Assembly: GCA_051294375.1 (NCBI GenBank)
Contig: CM119264.1
Coordinates: 5,997,621 to 6,061,620 of the forward strand
From: Paraspadella gotoi
Taxonomy: Eukaryota > Animalia > Chaetognatha
Direction of reading: 5' to 3'
Length of the DNA: 64,000 bases
Each line of letters begins with the position of its first letter. The first letter of the stretch is position 1. A program made the position numbers and the translations under genes. This document shows, piece after piece, positions 36,801 to 48,095 of this stretch. Below the pieces are notes generated by a model. That model had not been told where the DNA came from. It ran no database searches and saw only the letters and a program-made list of their open reading frames with translations.

Positions 36801-39800
36801 TAGCCACTCGGGTCGCGATGTCCACCGAATCTGAAGCGAGAAAAGTCGAAGCGAAAAATAGAACCACCCCGACTTCCGCAGTGAATCAAAACGACATACC
36901 GACATCGTTGCCGTAAATCAAGGGATTAAATCCTGTAGCGAAAGGGGCAGTATTGACTGGCCCACCTAAAAAAGTAGATTTTACGCATTTTCCATTAAAT
37001 AATAAAATGTGTGAAAAAGAATATTAAACTCAAAGGACCGACCGTGAAATGAGTCGAAGTCGGCGATCGGCTGCGGGTTGACGCTCATGCTGGCCAAAGC
37101 CTAGTGGAGGGGAGTGAGATAATCAGTGGTAGATTTAAGAGTTCACTAACGAGGACAGTTCTAAAGTCTTCATAGGCTCCGTAGCAGTCGTAACTTAAAA
37201 AATCTCAAAAGGAGCATGGAGACAATGTCATAAGTTTAAAAACATTAGTATCTTTTTACAAACTCACCACACTCCTTTCGAACTAAAAAAAAAAGCAAGG
37301 TATGGAAATAATTCTGATTTTATCTGAAATGGATAGTGTAAAGATTTGTTTGTGAGTGCTCACGACAATCTACCTGATGGTATGTACAAACTATTCGAAA
37401 CCAATATAAATTATTCTTTTCTTCACTATAATATGTCGTGCTTCGAGGACAGCACGTTTCAAGCTTACTTTGAAACAAAAAGTTAACTACTGAACCGACC
37501 AGTGTGTTAGTATTCACTCGAACGAAAATATACGAATAATTATAAATTAACCACGTTTCACAACCAAAATATATCAGTTTCATACCCCTACGTGTGCCTC
37601 AGCTTCTCTTTTAGCGGCCGTCTCGTCTTCAGCGACGCGATGAGCTAGCATCGCCGCTTCGAACGAGGCGGCGGTTATGTCGAGAAGCTATTTTCGGTCA
37701 CAGATAAAAAACGGAAGATGGAAAAAAATAAAAAGAACGACGAAAAATGAGTAGAAGTTCAAAACCATGAGATTAGAAAAATGGGCGATTTTGTCACCAA
37801 ATAGCGAAAACATATGTTTCGTTTGAAACTAGAATTCTAGATTCTAAGAAAGGAGGAAATTGTTAGTTCAGATGACATTAATGACAATAAGGTAGAAAAC
37901 TAATTTTATTAAATAAAACATTCTGAACAAACAATTCCTACACGATTTCAACCAAAAAAAAAAAAAAAGACCTAGCCTATAACAAAGCATAACGTCGTCA
38001 AAAAATGACGATCATCATGAAAGATATTAAGGCCAAAAAACTCGCCACACCTGCTTGAGATGATTTTTTAAGGCCGTTCCCTCGGGTTCGGGCAGGAGAG
38101 GAATGTCCTCGGCGTTGACCTGCGGCGCCGTCATTCGATTTGAGTCTAGATCAATGAGCCAAACGTCGCGAGGTCGCTCGAACCCGCGCTTGTGAACCTA
38201 TTGCATTGAAAAAAAATTTCAGTAGTAACTTATTATGTACATGCATTTGCGGGTAATCACATTATTACACAAATATTAAATATATGTGCAATAAGCGTTA
38301 ATTTAAATATCTATCTATAAAATTTTGACTAAAACAATCAAGCATTTAACCGTGGTTATAAAACCATAAAACATCTACCCCTTAACTTAAGCAACTAAAA
38401 TAATGCAGTATTATTAAAATTTTTTAAAAATATGGTTGCTCCGAGAGTACTCGCGGCTCAACTAAAAATCTATTAAAAAATAAAACTTGATTACTTGAAA
38501 AAAACTGGAAGGAACGCCGATAATGTACGGAGTTGGCGCGAGAAGCAGCTGCGCGAAAGGAAAATTAAATTACGGTCTCAACTTTGACTCAACTTTGAGT
38601 TAAAATTCCCCTAAAAAAACAACTGACTTGCTCGGCTCCGTTCATACAAGCAGGTAGCAATGGGATGACGGGAAAGCAATATTCGAGCGGATATAACATC
38701 GACACGAGAGCTAAAACGCTCATGGAGAGAGCGCTGTAGTCTTGAGACTGAAAAATTATCTGCAAAAGAAATGGGAGAAATATTTTTGGCTTGATGAAAA
38801 TAAAAAGAGTCTCGTTAGTCGTTACTATCGTCTTTAACATTTGTTCACCTTTTGCTCGAGCATGATCGCTGTCAACACCTTCAAGCAGGTGTCGACGCCG
38901 AGAAGCTCGAGAGGCAGATGCAGGGGGAAGTCGACGAGCTCGAAACGCTTTGGGTCGGGAAGCGCAAAGGTCAGCGGCAACGCCATCTCTCGAGGCAAAA
39001 CCTACGTATTTAGCGACGTATTAAATAATAAAGTATAAATAATGAAGATAGGTGATTGTTATTAAAAAAATACCTCGACTTCGACTTTTGTTTTTCCAGG
39101 TACGGGGACGGGGGCGCTGAGGAGTCGCGCAATCCAAGTCTCGATCTCTCGGATTTCGTGCAACACGAGCGTCGTGGTAGAGTCGCTGGCGCCCGCAGCG
39201 CACAACACGTTCCAAACGCTATCTCTGCACGATGAGGAATTATGTAAATAAATTTAATCCAATCTAACCGAATTTTTTCGGAAAGTGACGAATTATCGTA
39301 TACTAACAAATTAAACAAGAATATGAAAATCGCTAAATTAGCAACAATCAAGTTACACAGAATAAAAAAATGTCAAAGCTGATATAATCCGATGAGATAG
39401 AATACCAGAAGAGTAGAATTTATGTATTAATATTATATGAAATTGGTACAACTAATATATTATGATATAGAAGCTTTAATTTTTTTCGAATTGAACTAAA
39501 GAAGTAGTAAACATGGAAAGTAAACATGGAAATTAAAAAAAAAGGTGCTTCTCTCTTTTAATCCGTTGCTCAATTACTCTTTATTTTGATAGTTAATCTA
39601 TAAAAATTATTGGTGTTGAACACTCCGACCTAAATAATGATCAAATCTATATTTTTGTCATCACCTTGCCTTCGATCCCCCGACTCTCCTCGTGCTTGAT
39701 CTTCTGTTGCTGGCATCGATCAGTTTCCTGGAGTACACAAAATGATACAGATTATATTTAATTAAGGAATATATAGGAGATTAAAAATTTATGAGGAGGA

Positions 39801-40974
39801 AATGGGGGGGGGGAATTGTAAATAGAAGGCGGACCAATACCTGAGTATATGCAAACATTCTCGAAAAGTGGAAAAGAAGGGATGATGACTGACGATGCAC
39901 AACGACGTCAGAGTTTTACTCCTTTGAATCTGAATTCCCCCGGAGCGCGAAGCCGCACCGCGTTGCCTTGGTAGAGGGATTACAGAAATTAAGTACGATA
40001 ACTTTAATAAGCGAAATATTTATGGAAGGTGGTTCCTTGTGCCCACCTTCGATTCCGAAACGGCGACTTGCGAACTTCTGGTTCTTTGGTGTCAATGAAG
40101 CCGCCCTTGGCGCCAATGGACGGACTCAAACGTTGAAATCCTGAAAGGAAAACGGAAAAAAAAACCCCAGAAATAGCAGTTCAGTTTCAGTTCATTTAAT
40201 TCAGTGGGGGTAATACCTCCGTTGGAGTTATTGCTGTTGTTGTTCTCCTGGTTGAGATCTCCACTTTGCGGGAGGGGACTGCCAGACCCGGGGGTCGACG
40301 GGACGCGCTTTTCGTACGTGCGATAGAAATTGAGGCAAATTCCGTATCGCGTTCGGCCGCTGTCCTTTTCGGAGAGGGTGAAGACGAAGGAAGTCGATTC
40401 TCGAAGTCCTGGAGGGGATGAGATGTCGAAAAGAATTTGATTAATCAAAATGAGGATTAATACTACTAAGCTATTAATAATAGCCGCGAGGAAATAATTA
40501 TATCGTCACCACCAGTAAAACAATTTGTTTTCGCACTATTCAACTCGCCTGTTCGTTTTTGTCCGACGCTGAAACAGCCTTCCGGTTGACAGAAGAAAAC
40601 GACATCGGGCGGCAGCTTGAAGTCTTTGTGATCTTCGGCCGGATAACGCCTGATCAGTTCTGGTATTTGAGCCGCGCTCCCTAAAAGCCCAATAATTGAT
40701 TGGATTTACCAAAACCGGTTTTTTCTCTCAATGAATGTGGTTATAATATTTCATAACGCGGTCAATTGGAAAAGTAATTCTCGACTTAGTCATAGTAAAC
40801 GTCAAAAATCAATTGGAAGTGATAATTGCCTAATCAGCATCTCTCCAAAAAAAAAAAAACGCTGACGCTTTATAAAAAAATTTTACCGACTGCTGGAGGA
40901 GTTCGGTTTCCCACGACGACCACATAGTCCAGCAGTCGTGGGCAGAAATGCTTTCTATGCAATTCTGCCGTCAT
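17184..40974 (-). CDS. MADD: MAP kinase-activating death domain protein / Rab3-Rab27 GEF (DENN/MADD, AEX-3), ~50 coding exons
   Basis: Exons joined by hand give [22 protein letters not shown] (ATG 40974), u[38 protein letters not shown], c[49 protein letters not shown], d[62 protein letters not shown] and [17 protein letters not shown] (18368-18449); last exon 17184-17434. Confidence 0.96.
18791..19048 (-). CDS. MADD: Candidate alternative terminal exon B of MADD
   Basis: CAG acceptor at 19049, phase 0 compatible with upstream ...FKSKM|GT; encodes [19 protein letters not shown]...KMEGN*. Confidence 0.55.
   Translation of the reverse strand, partial: ADQILLHYIRVMSVRMQRKLLAPKGKRQSFSSRGAETPSSESVGSESQSSFENDLNSNVVEPKGGPHGSGFNKDDDILRVKMEGN
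21671..21677 (+). promoter_or_regulatory. TATA box of nested secreted-protein gene
   Basis: TATAAAAG ~130 nt upstream of ATG 21805, with TTACGTCA (CRE/PAR-like) ~20 nt further upstream. Confidence 0.55.
21805..23172 (+). CDS. Orphan secreted prepro-protein (172 aa), nested antisense in a MADD intron; exons 21805-22103 and 22953-23172
   Basis: Signal peptide [26 protein letters not shown], Lys/Arg-rich segment, RKKR site, phase-2 GT-AG intron that restores frame, C-terminal LLQQLLG*, upstream TATA, AATAAA at ~23247. Confidence 0.8.
22217..22800 (+). mobile_element. Repeat family A copy filling the intron of the nested secreted-protein gene
   Basis: TAGCGGTAGCC...TTTGGCTCTA, flanked by ACTATGC / AATATGC (6 of 7 match, probable target-site duplication). 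Confidence 0.85.
23546..24229 (-). CDS. MADD: Candidate alternative 3' exon set A of MADD (24134-24229, 23802-24048, 23546-23718)
   Basis: Three GC-rich segments with AG/GT ends and compatible phases (0,0,1) continuing from ...FANSK|GT at 24918 to ...[10 protein letters not shown]. Confidence 0.6.
25985..26615 (+). mobile_element. Repeat family B copy in MADD intron
   Basis: Same ATTGATTGATGTAATA array, ATCCGCTGCAGAGCTGAACTCGTT and TATGGTTACACACTT motifs as 6895-7950. Confidence 0.75.
27280..28062 (+). CDS. Ly6/uPAR three-finger GPI-anchored protein (quiver/sleepless-like), nested antisense in a MADD intron; exons 27280-27331, 27397-27564, 27644-27725, 27927-28062
   Basis: Signal peptide [22 protein letters not shown]...DC...C...YC...RREC...C...C...TCDFNLCN-S followed by a hydrophobic tail; all three introns GT-AG with consistent phases. 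Confidence 0.88.
32397..32995 (+). mobile_element. Repeat family A copy with perfect 7-bp target-site duplication
   Basis: Flanked by CTTCAGG at 32390-32396 and 32996-33002. Confidence 0.88.
33852..33914. repeat. 31-bp-arm near-perfect palindrome in MADD intron
   Basis: TATACGATCAGTCGAGGCTTTAGTACGTATA-A-TATACGTACTAAAGCCTCGACTGGTCGTATA; one T:G mismatch. Confidence 0.9.
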
Positions 40975-41749
40975 CTTGGATGACAAATATAATTGGCGCT
41001 GCCGAAAAGAGAATCTTCTAGGAGGAGGAGGTGGCTAATCAACGTGTACATGCAGGAGTCATACTTCGCCACTTATAGCTCTGAATCTGAAAAGAAATTC
41101 GCAGTATTATTAAACTACTAATAGAAATCTACTATGAAATTAAATTCAATAGTCTACTTTCAGGTAAAAAAAGAATTTTTAAAAAAGGTTCAATTTTAAT
41201 GCTATTAAAATTACAATATTACTATATAATGATAAAAAAATATTTTTTTGATGGATTCTGATAAAACATAAAAAGTTAAATAAAAAATATAACTACAACT
41301 TTCATAAATTCTTATGTTTTCTTGGTGAAAATTAAGAAAAAGTAATAAAATTATCGACAGATGATGATGATAATTATTAGTAGTTTTTTTTTTTTTTTCA
41401 CCTACTTATGTTATGATCAAAATATTGAGAAAAAAAATTATACTTTGTGTAGACGCACTTTTTGCAAGCTACCTGAATCTGATCTTAAATTAAATTAAAT
41501 TATTATATGGGGTATGGATTAATATTAAAATTTTTTGCTTAATTCAAATTTCTTAACCACTTTACTGAGTTAGGCTACCCCTACTACTAATACCATATTA
41601 GTTTCTTATCGCAGATTGATTAATATTTTTTTTCTCTCAATTGAGTTTTTATATTTTGAGACGATTTTTAAAAATTTACCACCATAGGGTTGTCGAATAT
41701 TGACAGCTGCCACAGCTGCACAATAACTTTCGAAAGACTCAACAATTTC

Positions 41750-42200
41750 TCACCTTCGCTTGACCGCGGCGCGCGCAGAGCGACCATAATCCCAACATTT
41801 CGACGCACATCGGTGAGTCCTTTATATAATTAGTATGCAGGTATTAGTGTAGTAGTAGGTAAGGTTAAGGTTTAGAGGCGACGAGGTTGTGGCAGAGGGA
41901 AGGTGGCTAGCGCGCGCCGTCGCACCAGGGAGACGGAGATGGCAGGTGAAGGTTTTGGCTCGCCTGGCGGACCTCGTCCTTGAAGTTGAACCGAAATATA
42001 AATCGTAACGCCTCTGTGGCAGCGGAAACAGAAGACGCAGCAGCGGCGGCCTGGCGCCGTGGCATCGATGCCCGTGCAGCGCGACTGCATTGACGCGCGC
42101 ACGAGACGAAATCTCCTTCGCTCCGATTGGTCGAAAGGGTCTTAGTGCTTCGACCCTATTAGACGTCGGTCCACAGCGACGCGAGAAAGAAAATTCTCAA
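41750..42200. promoter_or_regulatory. CpG-rich promoter/non-coding first exon of MADD, possibly bidirectional with the ADAM gene
   Basis: CpG-dense island with GATTGG (CCAAT) and GACGTC; minus-strand donor AG|GTGAGA at ~41753 and acceptor at ~41087 upstream of the MADD ATG. Confidence 0.5.
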
Positions 42201-43418
42201 ATCGCTCTTTGGAGGAGGATGAAGAGGATGCTGGTGCGGACTTCTGAGCAATAAATGACACCAATGGCAATGTATACGTCAATCGTTTTAGTAATAATGT
42301 AATTGTCTGGATAAGTTCGAGAAAGGGTCGAAGTATTTCCTTTCCTTAGCATAATTTTATTTCGATGTGACCTACAACATGGGAAGAGCAACAGTTTCCA
42401 CTAAAAGCAAAAATAAGAGATTGGGGGATTTATTATGAACCTAAAAGTCTAAAACAATAGCAAACATTAGCACAAATAATTTTTTTAACCCTGAACTAGA
42501 CGGACGTGTCTTTAAATAATTAAAGCTTATTTAGAAAAAAATCATCAGGATATGCGTAGAAATTCCGAGAGGGAAGACAAAGAGGCCCCTTTTTTCCCAA
42601 ATTTTAGTAATTATTTAAAGAATTTTAAGCAGAAGCGGAAAAAAAAAACAAAACAAAACCTGTGGTTGTCCTTTGATGACGATAGAAATAGTTGAAATAT
42701 TACTCTTGTCAATCGGTTTTTTTTTTCAATGAAAACAAGACTCGGCTGCGAACGGAACAAGTTGTCAGTAAAAAAATCCACGTAAATTCTAAATCGATCC
42801 GGCTGAGTGAGCGACGAGATTGAGCAATGCTATCGGGAACACGATCGGCGAGTTGCGGCATTAGGAAAGAACCGGCCGTCCCTATCAAAATCGGGTTGGT
42901 AACTAAACCGCGTGGTAATAAAATCAAGTCGTTTAGCGAGTTTGGATTCGGCTTCGCTCGCAAAAGGCGAGGGAGAGCGAGAGAATCTCGGAATATTGAG
43001 GCCAGCCAGCCAGTATCGTTGATTGCACCGAGTAATCTTTCGATCCACGCAGTAACCTTGCGAGTTGTTGCTACACAGCGATTCGAAAGACTTAACTCGA
43101 ATCGGGCCAAGTAAAGGAGTTTCGTGTCTTGTCACACACATTTTTGATTCGATTAGCGCGCTCCAGGATCTAGACTCAAGAGAGAGCGGTAACCTTCCCG
43201 TTCGTTCCCGAAAATATAGACTAATTTTTCAAAAGGTTTGTTACTTTAAAAAAAAAAATTTGACAAGACTTTGGGAGGTTCAATTATCTTTGAAACAATG
43301 AGCTTAAAAAGCCTTAATTGCTAGATCTCAAGCAGGCCTAAAAATATGTTAGTAAATCCGCCTCGTAAAGTTAACTACCAACGATAGTCTAAAAAATGTG
43401 TTAACATGAACAACCGCT

Positions 43419-46400
43419 ATGAGTTTCGAAATTTGGTTCTTTTTAATTCTTGTCATAAACTTTCCGCGAGCGAAGAAGAGTTATTTCCTTCCTCCGAGAT
43501 CTCTTACCGGATCCGCGGATTCGAGACGACACGTTTTCGGGTTCGAATCCCACCCGCTCAGGGGCAGGTAACCAAGAATGTCCCACTATCGAATCCAGTC
43601 GCCTCTCCTTGTCCTTAACCCACCGAGCCAGACGCATTCCGATTCCCCCATCCCCCGTCGGTCCCCTGCCGCAGGGACACCGAAATCACCGAAGATGCCA
43701 GCGAAAACGAAGTGCAGCCAGTCTTCTCCGAGCCGGTCCTAATGACCGAATTCGGGTTGAACAAACGAGGAGAGCCGAGATTTGTCTACAACTATCCCAA
43801 GCAGACCGTCTTGTCCTTCGAGGGCCAGGGAGAGAAAAGAAAACTATTCCTGAAGAGAAAAGACAAGGTCTTCTCCAAGGGGCTAACGTTGGCCAACTAC
43901 AACGTCAACGAGCGCGACGAGGACGTCGCAGGCGAGGACGACACCAAACAGTCCGTCGTCGACTCCATCTGCGTCTACTCCGCCCGAATGGGAAAGAACT
44001 CCACTATCGAAGGTGTCGTCTCTCTCTGCGAGCAGCGGATAGAGGGCGCAGTCATGAATTCCGATGGCGCCTACCGACTGTGGACCGAGGTCGAAGTCGC
44101 GAGCAAGAACGCGGTGACGATGCGTTACTTTTTCGCGAAAGAAAGGTCGAATCCAAATTCCAACTTCGAGGTCGACACGGCCGACGACGAAGAGATCGAC
44201 CCGACGACTCTCAAGAATCTTTCCCTTCTCTTCGAAAAAGTCGCGCAGAGTGAAAAGACGCGACAGGCTGCGCCAGCTGGAGCCACAAATATCGTCACGA
44301 GATTCGTCGAAGTTTATATTTTAGTTGACAAAGACATGTCGGATTCGTTCGACGGCGACCAGAAGAAGGTGATTTTTTTTTTGTCGGATCTGCTTATCAG
44401 CAGAATCCGACTCTATAAATGTAATCCACTTTGTCGGTCCGTCGGTCTCCCCTTCAAATCTTGTTAGGCATTCATTTAAATCATGTCAGAACCTCGAATT
44501 ATGATAAATTATGCAAAAAAAAATGATGTCCGTCCATCCCCGCTAAGCATTAGTATTGTTTACTGTTACTACTTTGTTATCATTATTATTTTCCCTTTCG
44601 CCCCTTTTTTTAAAACTTATTTTGCATTTTGTATGTTTTGTTTTTTTTTCAACCTTGTTGTATTCAAATAAAACGCTTATATATTAAACTCCAATTACTC
44701 GTGATTGGATGGATGGACTAGAATGACATTTTGTGTGTGGGTAGGAAAGTGTGTGATTAAGCTGGATATAAAGTTTCGATAGAATCATGCGAGTGGAAAT
44801 GAGTTTAAATGGAAGTCTTATTTACGTTAAGTATTTTTACTTATATTTACTCATAATTATTACATTTATCAAAAAATTACTAAAAAATTGATTTGAAATT
44901 TTGTGTGTGTAGGAAAGTATGTAATTATGCTGGAAATAAATTTTTGATGGAATCGTTGGAGTAGAAATAAGTTTAAATTAGAAAATTTAAATTTTTAAAA
45001 AAATTCTTTCTCTCTCTCTCTGATTGATTTATTTGTTGAATGATTGATTGATTAACCAAATTATGCCAGTTGAACAATTTATGCCAATTAACCAAATTAT
45101 ATCAGTTGACCAAATTATAGCAGTTTACCAAATTATGTCAGTTGACCAATTTAAGCAAGTTGTCCAAATTATGCCAGTTAACAAAATTATGCCAGTTGAT
45201 TAAATTATGGAAGTTGGTATTGGCGCTGCTACTGGTAATGATTGATAGATTAATTGATTTATTGGTTTGTTCATAATTTTTTGAGAAGTCTGTTATGATT
45301 TGTTATGTTACAATTTGTTATAATATGTTAAAATCATAAATTGAAAGTCAGAAAAATCTTTCGTGATTTATCATCGGATTAGCGTATTACCGCTTAATCA
45401 TAGTAGGCAGATCCGACATTGTTTGCTCAAACTTATTTACTATAGTTTTAGTTGTGTAGCGACGACATTAATTAGTAATTAATTACTCCCTATTAATTAC
45501 AACCAAAAGTCTCGTTTATTCACTCCCAGAGCAACCGGCTTCCCTATAAATGAACGGGTATAAGTCTATTATAAATATATAGTCTAGTATAACATTTTAA
45601 AGTATGTTTTAATTGTATAAAAGAAACTACCCCTTATGCTTAAGTATTAGATCTTCTCTCTATTCAAATGCTTAAAAAAAGAATATGCCATATTCACAAC
45701 CCACCGTAGCTAATTGATAATAATTTAAATGCCGCAAGGTCAATTTTCTATAAAAAAATCGTCGACTTGCTGAGTAATTTGGCATCAATTACTCATTTAC
45801 TGGTTGGTTCGATCGCTATTCTAATTGGCATTCATTGGTTTTTACAAAATGGATGGAATGTCAAGATCCGCCCTATCCCTCGAGCAAATTGGTTAAATGT
45901 TAGAGGCAATGACTTTAGGCTTTTAATTTCATTTTTATTATATAGTTAAAATTAGTTATACATGTTGAAACCACTTTATCTTTCATTATTTTTCTTTATT
46001 ATTTCATTTTTCTTGAATTAACCTTCTCCCAGATACGTTATTCGTTTCTATCGATATTCATCTATCGTCTATTCATACTTTCGACGTGTTACGTTATTGT
46101 TGACGGTTAAAACAACGACAAGGACGATGACGATGCTAACGATAATATAACAACGGAGTTCCTTTCCATGAAATTGATACAACCGTCGGATGGTTCAACC
46201 ATCGAATAAAAGCAATTTTGCCTCCGGGATTGGATTGGTCTGAATTTTCCCCTGATTCATGAATAATGAATATTGGGCGAAATGCTCTTCGATGCCCCCT
46301 TGCCGTATGACGGAGCAGCGATTCTATCTCGCTCTCTCTCTGGCTGGAAGACTCAGAGTCAGGATCGGGATCGATAAAAACGAGGTCGATAATTTGAACG

Positions 46401-48053
46401 ATGGATTATTTGTTTAGGGTTTCGGTAAGGGATAAGGTTAAATTAGGAGATTAGGGTTAGGGATTAAGGTCTTTCCCTAAGCTACTTTTACAATAAAAAA
46501 TTTTTGGCTTGCTGGGTGACTTATCAGTCGGGATCGAGATCGACAGAAACGATGACGATAGTTTGAACGATTGAGGAAGCAGTTGCGACGACGAAGGGAG
46601 TAACGCATAAAGCGACAATGGAAGCAGCAAAAAAGAAGTTTTGTGCGCTCCTAGAGCCGCAGCAAGGGGGCATCGAAGGAAAAAAGTGCCGAAAAAGAAA
46701 CTTTCGGTATAAATTTGGTTAATCCATAGCTATCCGTTACTAAGCAGTATTTTTTAAAAGTAACTACTCAGTTACAACCATTGTAAAGTCCTGACGACCA
46801 CTTATTATTCAATAAGTACTCAAACAAAATGTCATGGCAGAAAAATATTAAGGTATTTTTAACCTTTTAGGTGCTGTCGCTCAGGAATAACTGGACCAAT
46901 TTTTTTTAATATTGATATATATGGATTCCTTTTTCAAAAGTCTTTATATCCTATTCACAATTTTTTCAAAAAACATAAATACTATGCCCATAAATTAAGG
47001 CTAAAAAATAATTTTGGTTTTTTGAAGCGACTCAAATGATGAATATTTTGGGAGCTATAATTCTCGAATGCTTGGACTAATTTTTTAAAAACTTATTCAT
47101 ATTTATTTCTCATTTCTAAAGCTATATTTATCATTCATAATTTTTTATAATATGTGCGTAAAACGAGCGCAACTTAAGTATCCTTTTTTTTGCACAGGAC
47201 TGTAGTTGTCCTACTTTTGCTATTACTAATATTAATTTAATTTATTATTCCCGTCTGTTTTGATTTCAAAAACATCAATATTTATGAGTGTAGATTGATT
47301 TTTTCTGTAAAAGTGATAAATATTTAATATTTGGACATAACTGAACAAATAAGGAGATTCAGAAAATATGAAGCCGTTATTGAATTTAATTTAAATTTTA
47401 AGGTTCAACAAAAAGTTACCGGCATGATTGGATTTCTCAATGAATTCTATCGGCCATTCAATATAAAATTTTTGATTATTCACGTGGAATATCAATTTGA
47501 TGTCTGTGGAAATAACCCTACCGGTGTTGCCAAGAAAGACGTTATAACTTATCTAAATTGTGTGAAAAAATACCGAGCAGATCAAATTTGTGCAGAGCCA
47601 AATGGTAAGCTTTAAGTATAAAAATTTCATGAGTCTCGCGTCATGACTATATTATAGTACATAATGATTAGATTAGATTAGGAGGCCTGCATATTTCTCC
47701 AACGATCCTTGTAAAAACATTATTATAGGACCGATGAAACGGTCCGACCACACGCTCGCATTGACTGGTCTTTCCTTTTGCGACGATAACACCTGCATTA
47801 AAGGCGTCGCCAAACTGTACACTATTTGCAGCTGGGAAAACTCGGTAAGTCTTTCTAGTGCTGGAAAAAAGGCGGCGTTGTGGGAGTCAGGGTTAACTCT
47901 CGCCCACGAGCTGGGTCACAGCTTCGGCGCCAATCACGACTGGGGCATCAAATCTAAATCTATCAAGACTTTGCTCAATAAAGCTGGAAACCGGCCGGCC
48001 AAGTGCTCCTGTAAACAACCTGATGGATCCATCGCCTCTGGAGAAACGAAGAG

Positions 48054-48095
<42 letters not shown>

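Noticed and set aside
42709-43301. Overlapping 78-133 aa ORFs between MADD and ADAM
   Set aside because: No recognisable motif; more simply explained as GC-rich promoter/5' UTR sequence.
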